Part shown: one piece after another, positions 8,502 through 17,795 of the stretch
Position numbering within the stretch: position 1 is the stretch's first letter
Layout of the letters: each line of letters opens with the position of its first letter
From: Lachnospiraceae bacterium
GTDB lineage: Bacteria; Bacillota; Clostridia; TANB77; CAG-508
Assembly (NCBI GenBank): GCA_963621995.1
Contig: CAVFFZ010000002.1
Coordinates: 41,166 to 105,165, forward strand
Direction: 5' to 3'
Length of the DNA stretch: 64,000 nucleotides
The notes under the pieces: model-generated
Told to the model about the DNA's origin: nothing
Databases searched by the model: none
Seen by the model: only the letters and a program-made list of their open reading frames with translations
Translations under genes and position numbers: made by a program

Positions 8502-8581
8502 AGTTGGACTAATAATAGATAATATTATTTTAAATAAAAAATAATAACAAAAGAGGCATGAAAAAATTATTTAAAAAGCAA

Positions 8582-8640
8582 AGCGATGTAGTAAACATAA
8601 AACTATGTCGTTTTTTATTTAATTTCCAAAGTGCTATAAA
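8582..8640 (+). repeat. Terminator-like hairpin module U1 (direct repeat of 8917-8970)
   Basis: agcgatgtagtaaacataaaactatgtcgttttttatttaatttccaaagtgctataa aligns with agtgatatagtaaatccaaaaactatatcactttattatatttaattttcaaagtgttgataa. Confidence 0.7.
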
Positions 8641-8691
8641 TTGGGGCATTATATAATATAATTTTTTATATAATTTAATGGTCAATTTTAA

Positions 8692-8720
8692 TTGACAGGC
8701 AAATATAAAAAAGATATAAT
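8692..8720 (+). promoter_or_regulatory. Sigma-A-like promoter upstream of tRNA-Thr
   Basis: TTGACA, 17-nt spacer, TATAAT. Confidence 0.6.
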
Positions 8721-8805
8721 GTTATAAGTAATAATTAATGCAATACAAAATACAATAAAATTGTTTGCAATAATTAAAGTACAAATATACACAATAATGA
8801 AATGT

Positions 8806-8881
8806 GCTACTGTAGCTCAGTTGGTAGAGCAACAGATTCGTAACCTGTAGGTCGCCAGTTCGATTCTGGCCAGTAGCTCCA
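8806..8881 (+). tRNA. tRNA-Thr (anticodon CGU), CCA encoded
   Basis: Folded by hand. The 7-bp acceptor stem gctactg/cagtagc is perfect. D arm gctc-agttggta-gagc. Anticodon loop ttCGTaa. T arm gccag-ttcgatt-ctggc. Discriminator t followed by cca. Confidence 0.9.
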
Positions 8882-8916
8882 AAACTGCTCAGTCTTTTAT
8901 GTTAATATTTTATAAA

Positions 8917-8970
8917 AGTGATATAGTAAATCCAAAAACTATATCACTTTATTATATTTAATTTTCAAAG
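8917..8970 (+). repeat. Terminator-like hairpin module U2 (tRNA terminator)
   Basis: Perfect 9-bp stem gtgatatag/ctatatcac followed by a T-rich tail. Homologous to U1. Confidence 0.7.
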
Positions 8971-9011
8971 TGTTGATAATACACTACCAAAGACTAATAA
9001 CGCCTTTTTTC

Positions 9012-9040
9012 TTGCCAAAACGCAACAACCGTGATATAAT
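9012..9040 (+). promoter_or_regulatory. Sigma-A-like promoter with extended -10, upstream of ftsY
   Basis: TTGCCA, 17-nt spacer, TGATATAAT. Confidence 0.6.
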
Positions 9041-9076
9041 ACATAAAGTTATAAAAACAAGAAAAGAGGTATAAAA

Positions 9077-9985
9077 ATGGGCTTTTTTGATAAATTAAAA
9101 AATGGTTTAAATAAAACAAAAGCATCATTTGATGAAAAAATAAATAATGTATTTAGTAATTTTAGAAAAGTAGACGAAGAGCTACTAGAAGAACTAGAAG
9201 AAGTACTAATAATGTCAGATGTTGGAACAGAAACATCTTTAAAAATAATTTCAAAATTAAGAGAAAAAATAAAAAAAGAAAATATACAAGAAGAGGCACA
9301 AGTAAAACAAGCATTAAAAAATGTTATAAAAGAAATATTAGACAAAGAAGATTCATCTTTAAAACTAGAAACAGTTCCATCTGTAATACTTGTTGTAGGT
9401 GTTAATGGAGTAGGAAAGACAACCTCCATAGGGAAAATGGCTAATAGACTAAAAAAAGATGGAAAAAAAGTTATAGTTGCAGCTGCAGACACATTTAGAG
9501 CAGCAGCTGTAGAACAACTTGAAGTATGGGCAAATAGAGCAGGGTGCGATATAGTAAAAAAAGAAGAAGGCTCAGACCCAGCATCTGTTGTATATGATGC
9601 AATAGCAAAAGCAAAAGAAACAAATGTAGATGTTTTAATATGCGATACAGCGGGAAGACTTCATAATAAGAAATACCTAATGGATGAATTAGAAAAAATT
9701 AAAAAAGTAATAGATAGAGAACTTCCAAATGCTTCAAAAGAAATTTTATTAGTATTAGATGCAACAACAGGGCAAAATGCAATAATGCAAGTAAAAGCAT
9801 TTAAAGAAACTGTAGATATAACAGGTCTTGTACTAACAAAATTAGATGGAACAGCAAAGGGCGGAGCAACTATAGGAATTGTAGAAGAAAACAATTTACC
9901 AATTAAATTTATTGGTGTTGGTGAACAAATAGATGATATGGAAATTTTTAATAGCAATGATTTTGTAAATGCTTTCTTAGATTAA
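9077..9985 (+). CDS. ftsY: Signal recognition particle receptor FtsY
   Basis: SRP GTPase motifs GVNGVGKTT, DTAGR and TKLDG. Acidic N-terminal helical domain. Confidence 0.95.
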   Translation: MGFFDKLKNGLNKTKASFDEKINNVFSNFRKVDEELLEELEEVLIMSDVGTETSLKIISKLREKIKKENIQEEAQVKQALKNVIKEILDKEDSSLKLETVPSVILVVGVNGVGKTTSIGKMANRLKKDGKKVIVAAADTFRAAAVEQLEVWANRAGCDIVKKEEGSDPASVVYDAIAKAKETNVDVLICDTAGRLHNKKYLMDELEKIKKVIDRELPNASKEILLVLDATTGQNAIMQVKAFKETVDITGLVLTKLDGTAKGGATIGIVEENNLPIKFIGVGEQIDDMEIFNSNDFVNAFLD

Positions 9986-10010
9986 AATAGAAATATTTTG
10001 GAGGTATTAA

Positions 10011-12875
10011 ATGAAAGAAAAAGAAGAAATTGTTAAAGAAGAAAATAAACAAGAAATGGTCAGAATTACTAAAAAAAGTAAAACAAGGTTAATTATTGTA
10101 CTAATAGTAGCACTTATTTCTTCTATAATTGGATATATACTATTTAGGGGAACATATTTAGAAACCTTGGAAATAGGAGAAAAATACATTACAGCATTTT
10201 GGCAAAATGTAAAATATATGGCAATAACATTAATTGTTAACTTTATAATTATTTATTCTATGGTATATATTACAAATGTAAGAATTAAAAGAGCATTAAA
10301 AGAATTCTTTAAACAAGAAAATAAAGAAATGCCAAAACTATTAAACAAATCAATAGCATTTATAATAGCAATTTTGGTAAGTGCAGTAACATCAAACTAT
10401 ATTATGCAAAAATTATTATTATGTTTTAATAGTACACAATTCGGGATTCAAGATCCTATTTTCGGATTTGATATAGGCTATTTTGTATTCCAAAAACCCT
10501 TCATAGAACTTATAATTTGGTATTTTATGATATCAATGATAGCATTATTAATATATACAGCAATTTACTATATTGTAACATTTAATATGTTTTTTGATGG
10601 AGTAGATAGAAAAACATTAAAAAACGGTGTAATAATAAAACAAATTACAACATTTACTATGATAATTACATTATTACTTGCATGTCTTGTGTTTATTAAA
10701 ACACAAGATATAGGCACAGAAAAATTTTTAACTCTAAAAAGTGAAGAAACATCATATTCTTTATATGGAGCAGGACTTACAGATGTAATTATTAAGTTAT
10801 GGGGATATAGAGTATTAGCATTAATTATGATTTTTTCTGTATATAGAGGAATACAAAACTTTAAACAAGGTAAAAAGAAAAAGGTTTTAGTATGTATAGG
10901 AATTGTACCTATTTATTTAGTGGGTTTATTCTTTACTTTAATTATATTTCAATCAGTATTTGTTACAACAAATGAATTAGACAAGGAAAAGAAATATATT
11001 GAAACGAACATAGAGTATACTAAAAATGCTTATGGAATAGATGCAGAAGAAATAAGTATGCAAACTCCAGAAACTATAACTAGTCAAGATATAACAGAGT
11101 ATGAAGAGGTATTAAATAACGTAAATATTATGAGTAATGATATTGTTTTAAAAGATTTAAACAATGGACAAACAGCCAAAGGGTATTATTCATATTCAAA
11201 TACACAAGTAGGCAAGTACTTAATAAATGGTGAAGAAAAATTAGTATACTTATCACCAAGAGAAATAATAAGCAGTACAGGCACATATAATAACAAAACT
11301 TATGAATATACACATGGATATAGTACAATAATAACTTTAGCAACAGGAACAAACGAAAATGGAACCTTAAACCATATACAAAAAAGTTTTGATAAAACTA
11401 ACGAAGCAATTACTATAACAGAGCCAAGAATTTATTTTGGAACGCAAACAAATGATACTGTAGTTATAAATAGTAAAGATAAAAACGAATTTGATTACCC
11501 AATACTAGATTCAGAAGAAGCAGAAAATGCAGAAAATGTGTACAGTGGAGAAGCAGGATTACAATTAAATTTCTTAGATAGAATGATACTTGCCATAAAA
11601 GAAGGAGACTTAAAATTAGCATTTTCAGGAAATGTAACAAGTGAAAGCAAAATACTAACGAACAGAAATATAATAAAAAGAGCTAAAACAGTAATGCCTT
11701 ACTTAATGTATGACGAAAATCCATACACAGTTATAAATGATGAAGGAAGAATAATATGGGTGTTAGATGCATATACAATATCTGATAGTTACCCATATTC
11801 TCAAAAAACAACAATAAGGCAAAGTGCTACAAGTAAAATAGAATTAAATTATATAAGAAGTTCAGTTAAAGTATTAATAGATAGTTATGATGGAACAATT
11901 TCGTTTTATATAACAGATAGAACAGATCCAATTGCAATGGCTTATAAAAATATTTATCCAGATTTATTTATGGACTTAGATGAAGAAATACCTGCAGATA
12001 TAAGTGAACATTTTGTATATTCAAAATACTTGTACGAAATTCAAGCAGATATAATTGCTAGATATCATAATGTTCAAGCAGATGTATTATATAGAAGCAA
12101 TGATATATGGGAAATAGCTAGTTACAATGTGGGAAAAGTTGTAACAAAAACTGGAACAGAAATGGAACCATATTATACTATGGTTAAAACTTCAAATGAA
12201 GATGAAGAACAATTAGGACTAGTACTTCCATATACTCCACAAGGTAAACAAAATTTAATTTCTTATTTAGTAGGAACCTGCGATACTAGTGGAAAAAGCA
12301 AACTTACAATATACAAATATCAAGCAGACACAAATATATTAGGCCCTATGCAATTAGATATGCAATTGTCGGAAGACGAAGAAATTGTAAAAGAATTGGA
12401 AACATTAAATGTTAATGGAATAAAAATAATTAAAAATATGATACTTATTCCGTTAGACGATAAAATTTTATATGTAGAACCAATTTATACCCAATACATT
12501 AATGAAAAAGATTCACTACCAACACTTAAAAAAGTAATAGTTGCATCAGGAAACAAGGTGGCAATAGGAGATACTTTAAAACAAGCATTAACCAACCTAG
12601 TTTCTCAGCAAGCTATTGACATTGAAGTAGAAAACACAGACACAATAGAGGATTTAATAACTACAATAATAAATGCAAACAATAACTTAACAAATTCAAA
12701 TGAAAGCAACAATTGGGAAATGATGGGCAAAGACGTAAGCAAATTGCAAGAACTAATAAATAAATTAGAAAAATTAGTTGAAGAGAATAAAGAAAAAAAT
12801 GAAATAGAAAACAGAAAAAAATCTACTAATACACTAATAGATGGAGAAAATAATTTAATAGTAAATGAAATATAA
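10011..12875 (+). CDS. UPF0182 family large membrane protein
   Basis: 954 aa. The N-terminal third is polytopic and the rest is a large soluble domain. Length and architecture are typical of UPF0182. Confidence 0.8.
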   Translation: MKEKEEIVKEENKQEMVRITKKSKTRLIIVLIVALISSIIGYILFRGTYLETLEIGEKYITAFWQNVKYMAITLIVNFIIIYSMVYITNVRIKRALKEFFKQENKEMPKLLNKSIAFIIAILVSAVTSNYIMQKLLLCFNSTQFGIQDPIFGFDIGYFVFQKPFIELIIWYFMISMIALLIYTAIYYIVTFNMFFDGVDRKTLKNGVIIKQITTFTMIITLLLACLVFIKTQDIGTEKFLTLKSEETSYSLYGAGLTDVIIKLWGYRVLALIMIFSVYRGIQNFKQGKKKKVLVCIGIVPIYLVGLFFTLIIFQSVFVTTNELDKEKKYIETNIEYTKNAYGIDAEEISMQTPETITSQDITEYEEVLNNVNIMSNDIVLKDLNNGQTAKGYYSYSNTQVGKYLINGEEKLVYLSPREIISSTGTYNNKTYEYTHGYSTIITLATGTNENGTLNHIQKSFDKTNEAITITEPRIYFGTQTNDTVVINSKDKNEFDYPILDSEEAENAENVYSGEAGLQLNFLDRMILAIKEGDLKLAFSGNVTSESKILTNRNIIKRAKTVMPYLMYDENPYTVINDEGRIIWVLDAYTISDSYPYSQKTTIRQSATSKIELNYIRSSVKVLIDSYDGTISFYITDRTDPIAMAYKNIYPDLFMDLDEEIPADISEHFVYSKYLYEIQADIIARYHNVQADVLYRSNDIWEIASYNVGKVVTKTGTEMEPYYTMVKTSNEDEEQLGLVLPYTPQGKQNLISYLVGTCDTSGKSKLTIYKYQADTNILGPMQLDMQLSEDEEIVKELETLNVNGIKIIKNMILIPLDDKILYVEPIYTQYINEKDSLPTLKKVIVASGNKVAIGDTLKQALTNLVSQQAIDIEVENTDTIEDLITTIINANNNLTNSNESNNWEMMGKDVSKLQELINKLEKLVEENKEKNEIENRKKSTNTLIDGENNLIVNEI

Positions 12876-12898
12876 ATTTAAAGTATAATTTTACAAAA

Positions 12899-12930
12899 AA
12901 AATACACCCTAAACATAAAGGTGTATTTTT
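12899..12930 (+). terminator. Rho-independent terminator whose 3' arm contains the SD of the next gene
   Basis: Stem aatacacc / ggtgtatt followed by ttt. The ATG of the next ORF starts at 12931. Confidence 0.6.
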
Positions 12931-13224
12931 ATGTTTAAAAAAAGAAAAAAAGAAAATATTTTAATAAATCAAATTGATAATTTAAATAGAAATTTGTTAG
13001 AAAGTAATATTATAGAAATTAGCCAATTGTTGGGAAATAGAAAAAAATTATTAGTAGTAAACCTAATTTCTGGTATTTCAAGAGGTATAGGAATAGGTAT
13101 AGGGGTAACATTAATAACGGCAATACTTGTATGGATTTTACAGAAGATAGTAACATTAAATGTTCCTGTAATAGGTGAGTATGTTTCAGACATTGTAGAG
13201 ATAGTTATGAAAAAGGTATATTAA
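12931..13224 (+). CDS. Small membrane protein (DUF5665-like)
   Basis: 97 aa. Contains SGISRGIGIGIGVTLITAILVWIL, a Gly-rich TM segment. Confidence 0.55.
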   Translation: MFKKRKKENILINQIDNLNRNLLESNIIEISQLLGNRKKLLVVNLISGISRGIGIGIGVTLITAILVWILQKIVTLNVPVIGEYVSDIVEIVMKKVY

Positions 13225-13323
13225 TACATGCTAAAATTTTAATTTGTTAATAGTAATTTTGAAATAAATTAAATACAAATCTAAAATTCATAAAAACGTA
13301 TAAAAGAAAAATAGAAAAAAGTA

Positions 13324-13352
13324 TTGACTAACAAGTAAAGTATTGTTAAAAT
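13324..13352 (+). promoter_or_regulatory. Sigma-A-like promoter about 260 nt upstream of the pilin-like gene
   Basis: TTGACT, 17-nt spacer, TAAAAT. Confidence 0.5.
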
Positions 13353-13611
13353 AATTTTGTTAAAGAATGTAACAACTTATAAACATAAAATTATACATTG
13401 AAAAATATTATTCAAGTTTTAGAAAGAAATTATTGAAATGTATAGAATTGTATAATTTTATGTCTAAAAGTTGAATGGCATAATTTTTATATTCGAGGAA
13501 ATTTATCATAGTATGATAAATTTCTGTAGAAGATAAATATAGAGGAATAAAACAAAAGAAAAAGCAGAAAATAAATGTAAACGTGAAATACACAAAGGAG
13601 GATAAAGTAAA

Positions 13612-15034
13612 ATGAAAAAACAAGAAAAAAGTGAAAGAAAAAACTTAAATAAAGAGAAAAACAAAATAATGCAAAGAAATACAAAAGGAATAACATTAAT
13701 AGCTTTGGTAGTCACGATAATTGTTTTGATTATTTTAGCTCGGAATAAGTATATCAATGCTAACTGGACAAAATGGAATATTAACACAATCACAAAATGC
13801 CAAAGATAGTACAAGAGGTGGAGATGTTCAAGAAACGGTAAATTTAGCTATAACAGAAAATCAAATGGCTGAATATACAAATGGAACTAAAAAATCAAGA
13901 ACAACGGTAATTGATGAACTAAAAGCAGATGGAAAATTAACAGATGAAGAAGTAGAAAAATTAAAGGAAAGTAATACTATAAAAATTGGAAATATAACAG
14001 TTGATTTTAGTGGTTTGGGTTCTGTATCTGGAGCTAAAACGTTGGTCGAAGCCTTTAAAAAAGGTGATATAAATAGAGGGGATTATATAACAAATTATAA
14101 TGCAACTTTAAAGAACAAAAGTGCAACTGTAGATTTAACAACAGAAGAAACGGGATATGATGGTGGAACACAAAGCTATAAGGTGGATACAAATACTACA
14201 TGGAGAGTATTAGGATTAAGTGAAGATGGAACAAAACTTGTTATTACTACAGGAAGTCCTATAAAAAGAGAAGGGACGGATCCATACTTATACTTAGACA
14301 AAGCAGAAGGATGGTATAATACAAATGATGAATTAGTGCCTGGCAACAATATTTTGGATAAAATATGTGAAATATACGATGGGGAATACGCAAGCTCTAC
14401 AAAAAGTATGAGAATAGAAGATATAAATAATGCATTAGGGCTAACTTTAGATACAACAGCAAATACTATGTATAAAAAAGCAGATACTTCAAAAACTCCT
14501 TTAACGGCTTTTGTGGGAATGTTTGGTACAAGTTATACATACAAATCAGGAGATTATGCTCCAGAAAATTATCTAAAACAAAAATATGGAACGAAGTATA
14601 GTTCTTTAACCAATAAAAAAATAGGAGATCCAGTAGATGGAACTTTTTATTATTACGATTACACGGATTCAAGTATTGTTAAACAAGGTAGTAAGCTATA
14701 TGAGGTTTTATTTAAAGGAACAACTTCTACAGAAAATTACGCAAAGAGTTACTGGCTTGCTTCTTCTGGATCTCCCGTGAATGGTACTGATTTTTGCTGC
14801 TTTGGACCTGGCGCTGTCTATGGGGGCATTGCTTTTGTTGGCAGTGATTTTTTCTGCTCGGATGGCATTAGCTTTGCGAGATGGATGGCTGTTCGCCCTG
14901 TAGTTTCTCTAAAATCTGATGTCACAATAGATGATTTGTCCGTTTCAAATGAAGGAAGCGAAGCTAATTGGACAACTAGCCTTCCAGATTCATATACAGG
15001 AGAGTCCTTGACATACGGACAAATACAAGAATAA
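13612..15034 (+). pseudogene. Prepilin-type N-terminal domain protein with large C-terminal domain, interrupted by a +1 frameshift at about 13741
   Basis: ORF 13612..13809 ends ...KGITLIALVVTIIVLIILA. ORF 13757..15034, extended upstream in its own frame, reads GISISMLTGQNGILTQ. Deleting the c at 13741 (gct-c-gga) restores the canonical ...LIILAGISISMLTGQNG pilin-like helix. Confidence 0.75.
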
Positions 15035-15215
15035 AACGGCTTAAAGTTTAAAACAGATTAATAAAGTCAAAATGATGTTGCAGATTATATATATATAGAA
15101 ATGTAGAAATAGATGATATGTTATTAATAGAAGGAAAAATTCATAATGATAGTATAGAAATTTTGAAGACGGAAAAAGTTTGAAAATAAAAAAACGTGTA
15201 TGTTGAAATTCATAA

Positions 15216-15252
15216 AAAAGCGAGAAATTAAAGATTTTTCTTGCTTTTTTTT
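15216..15252 (+). terminator. Rho-independent terminator
   Basis: Stem aagcgagaaa / tttcttgctt followed by T8. Confidence 0.6.
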
Positions 15253-15311
15253 GTATACAATTATATAATAGGCATGTGAAAAATGAATTAAAAAAATGGA
15301 GGAAAATACAA

Positions 15312-15911
15312 ATGAATTTAGCAAATAAATTAACAATATTTCGTATTGTTTTAGTACCAGTAATGATAATAGTAACATTTTTTAATATACCAGGAGAATT
15401 CTTAGGAATACCTACTACAGCATGGATTTTAAACATTATATTTATTATAGCATCTATAACAGACAAACTAGATGGACATATTGCAAGAAGTAGAAATCAA
15501 ATAACTACATTTGGAAAGTTTTTGGATCCTATTGCAGATAAAATATTAGTATTAACAGCAATGATTATACTTGTAGAAATGGGTAAAGTTCCAGCTTGGA
15601 TACCTACAATAATTGTATTTAGAGAATTTATTGTATCAGGCTATAGATTAGTAGCAGTTGAAAAAGGTGGAAATGTAATTGCAGCAAGTATATGGGGAAA
15701 ACTAAAAACAGTTACACAAATGATAGCAATTATTTTAGCTTTTATAGATAACAATAGCTTTGGAACAGTATTTACAGGGACTTTAACAAATGGTTATGAA
15801 ATTACTATAAATATTCTTACAACATTAATGATGGTAATTTGCGTAATTGCTACAATTTTCTCTGGAATGGATTATTTAAAAGGCGGAAAAGAATTATTAA
15901 AGGATAAATAA
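15312..15911 (+). CDS. pgsA: CDP-diacylglycerol--glycerol-3-phosphate 3-phosphatidyltransferase
   Basis: CDP-alcohol phosphatidyltransferase motif DKLDGHIARSRNQITTFGKFLDPIADK. Start set at the ATG at 15312 (MNLANKLT), which has RBS ggagg. The track start at 15276 lacks an RBS. Confidence 0.9.
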   Translation: MNLANKLTIFRIVLVPVMIIVTFFNIPGEFLGIPTTAWILNIIFIIASITDKLDGHIARSRNQITTFGKFLDPIADKILVLTAMIILVEMGKVPAWIPTIIVFREFIVSGYRLVAVEKGGNVIAASIWGKLKTVTQMIAIILAFIDNNSFGTVFTGTLTNGYEITINILTTLMMVICVIATIFSGMDYLKGGKELLKDK

Positions 15912-15913
15912 AA

Positions 15914-16918
15914 ATGGAAGAAAATAAACAAGAAAAAATTGATGTTTTAATGGCAGTATATAATCCAAATATAACATTTTTAACTAAACAAATAGATAGC
16001 ATTTTGAACCAAACATATGAAAATATTAATCTTATAATTAGTGATGATGCTTCTACTAATGAAGAGACTAAACAAGTTCTAAATGAATATGCCAATAAAG
16101 ATAATAGAATAACTTTATATTTTCAAGAAAAAAATTCGGGATATTTAAAAAACTTTGAAATTTTACTTACAAAATCTACTGCAGAATATATTAGCTATGC
16201 TGACCAAGACGATATTTGGTATAAAAATAAAATTGAAAAATCTATAAAAGTTCTAAAAGAAAAAGATGTAGATTTAGTATATTCAGATTGTAAACAAATA
16301 GATGAAAATGGACAAGTATTACATGAAAGTTATTTAGATTATAAAAGTTATCCAAGAGTAAATGGAAAAGAAAACATATTAACATTTTCAAGACATTTTG
16401 CAATAGGCTGTGCTTGCATGTTTACTAAAAAAATAAAAGAGCAAATGTTGCCCTTTACTGAAAGCGTAATGGCTCATGACTGGATTGATGTTTACTTAGC
16501 ATCTAAACAAAAAGGTATAGCTTGCATAGAAGAAAAACTATTTGAATATAGACTTCACGGCTCAAATGCTTTTGGAGGAAGGAGCTTAAAGCAAAACTTA
16601 AGTACATGGAAACAAGAAAATGGAAAAAGTTACTCTGCATACAAAAAATATAGAAATGAAAGAGTAATAAAAAAAGCATATTTAGAAGGAAGTTTAATGT
16701 GCTTAGAATATAGAGATAAGCTTAATTTAAGTAAAAATGAAGATGAAGAAGGAGTAATTGATTACTATAATAAATTACTAAAAACAAAGATATTAAACAT
16801 TCATTTATCAAAATACAATAAATATTTAGCTTACAAAAATATAGGAAAAAGAAGAATAAAAGAAGAAGGAATATTTCATTTTCCACTAATTTCTTATTTA
16901 CTATATTTGATAAAATAA
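15914..16918 (+). CDS. Glycosyltransferase family 2
   Basis: N-terminus IDVLMAVYN...IISDDASTNE...DQDDIW is a GT-A fold with a DxD-type motif. Paralog of 20038..21015. Confidence 0.85.
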   Translation: MEENKQEKIDVLMAVYNPNITFLTKQIDSILNQTYENINLIISDDASTNEETKQVLNEYANKDNRITLYFQEKNSGYLKNFEILLTKSTAEYISYADQDDIWYKNKIEKSIKVLKEKDVDLVYSDCKQIDENGQVLHESYLDYKSYPRVNGKENILTFSRHFAIGCACMFTKKIKEQMLPFTESVMAHDWIDVYLASKQKGIACIEEKLFEYRLHGSNAFGGRSLKQNLSTWKQENGKSYSAYKKYRNERVIKKAYLEGSLMCLEYRDKLNLSKNEDEEGVIDYYNKLLKTKILNIHLSKYNKYLAYKNIGKRRIKEEGIFHFPLISYLLYLIK

Positions 16919-16988
16919 AAAACTACCCCAAAAAAGGGTCAGATACTTTTGAAGTAAAGAGTGGTAGTTTTAGTGGAAAGGAAACATA

Positions 16989-17780
16989 ATGGAATTTATA
17001 AAATCTATAATTAAAAATAAAAAATTAATTTGGCAATTAGGAAAAAGTGATTTTAAAAATCGTTTTGCAAGTACAAGTTTAGGAAGCATATGGGGTTTTT
17101 TACAACCATTTGTGTTTATGTTTACATATGTAATTGTATTCCAAGGAATATTAAAAACAGGTAATTCAGATGGTGCACCTTATGTAGTATGGTTTTTACC
17201 TGCGATGGCAATGTGGCAATGGCTAAATGATAGTATAATGAGTGCAAGTAACTCTATAAGGTCATATAGTTATTTAGTAAAAAAAGTAGTATTTCCAGTT
17301 GATGTAATACCTATGATATCAATTGTGGCTTCTAGTTTTGTAGCACTATTTTTAGTGACAGTTGCAACAATTGTATGTATAATATTTAGACACATTCCAA
17401 ATGTATTACAATTGATATATGTGTTTTTTGCAACATATTGCTTTATTATAGCATTTACAAGATTTACATCTGCAGTTACAACAGTTGTACCAGATTTTTC
17501 AAATTTACTTGGAATTGCTATGCAATTATTCTTTTGGTTTACACCCGTTGTATGGAATTTGAATATGTTAAGTGATCACCAAACAATATTAACTTTAGTA
17601 AAATGTACACCATTTACATATTTGGTAACAGCATTTAGAGAAGTATTTATAAATGGAAATATTATAACAGAAAATAATTTCTTATTTACAATAGTATTTT
17701 GGTTAATTACAATTATTATGTTTGTATGGGGAAATAGCGTATTTAAAAGAAATAAAAAAGAGTTTGCAGATGTTCTATAA
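16989..17780 (+). CDS. ABC-2 type polysaccharide/teichoic-acid export permease (Wzm/TagG/RgpC-like)
   Basis: 263 aa with about 6 TM segments. Lies immediately upstream of the cognate ATPase. Confidence 0.85.
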   Translation: MEFIKSIIKNKKLIWQLGKSDFKNRFASTSLGSIWGFLQPFVFMFTYVIVFQGILKTGNSDGAPYVVWFLPAMAMWQWLNDSIMSASNSIRSYSYLVKKVVFPVDVIPMISIVASSFVALFLVTVATIVCIIFRHIPNVLQLIYVFFATYCFIIAFTRFTSAVTTVVPDFSNLLGIAMQLFFWFTPVVWNLNMLSDHQTILTLVKCTPFTYLVTAFREVFINGNIITENNFLFTIVFWLITIIMFVWGNSVFKRNKKEFADVL

Positions 17781-17795
17781 AGAAAGGAAAATAAA

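Noticed and set aside
8502-9076. The tRNA-Thr neighbourhood as a genomic-island or prophage integration site
   Set aside because: No integrase is present, no direct repeat of the tRNA 3' end is seen, and the flanking genes are ordinary (surface protein, ftsY).
13353-13611. The long leader upstream of the pilin-like gene as a c-di-GMP or other riboswitch
   Set aside because: The leader is extremely AT- and purine-rich, with a single simple hairpin (aggaaatttatcata/tatgataaatttct). None of the GC-rich conserved cores of c-di-GMP-I/II or other riboswitch classes I know is present.
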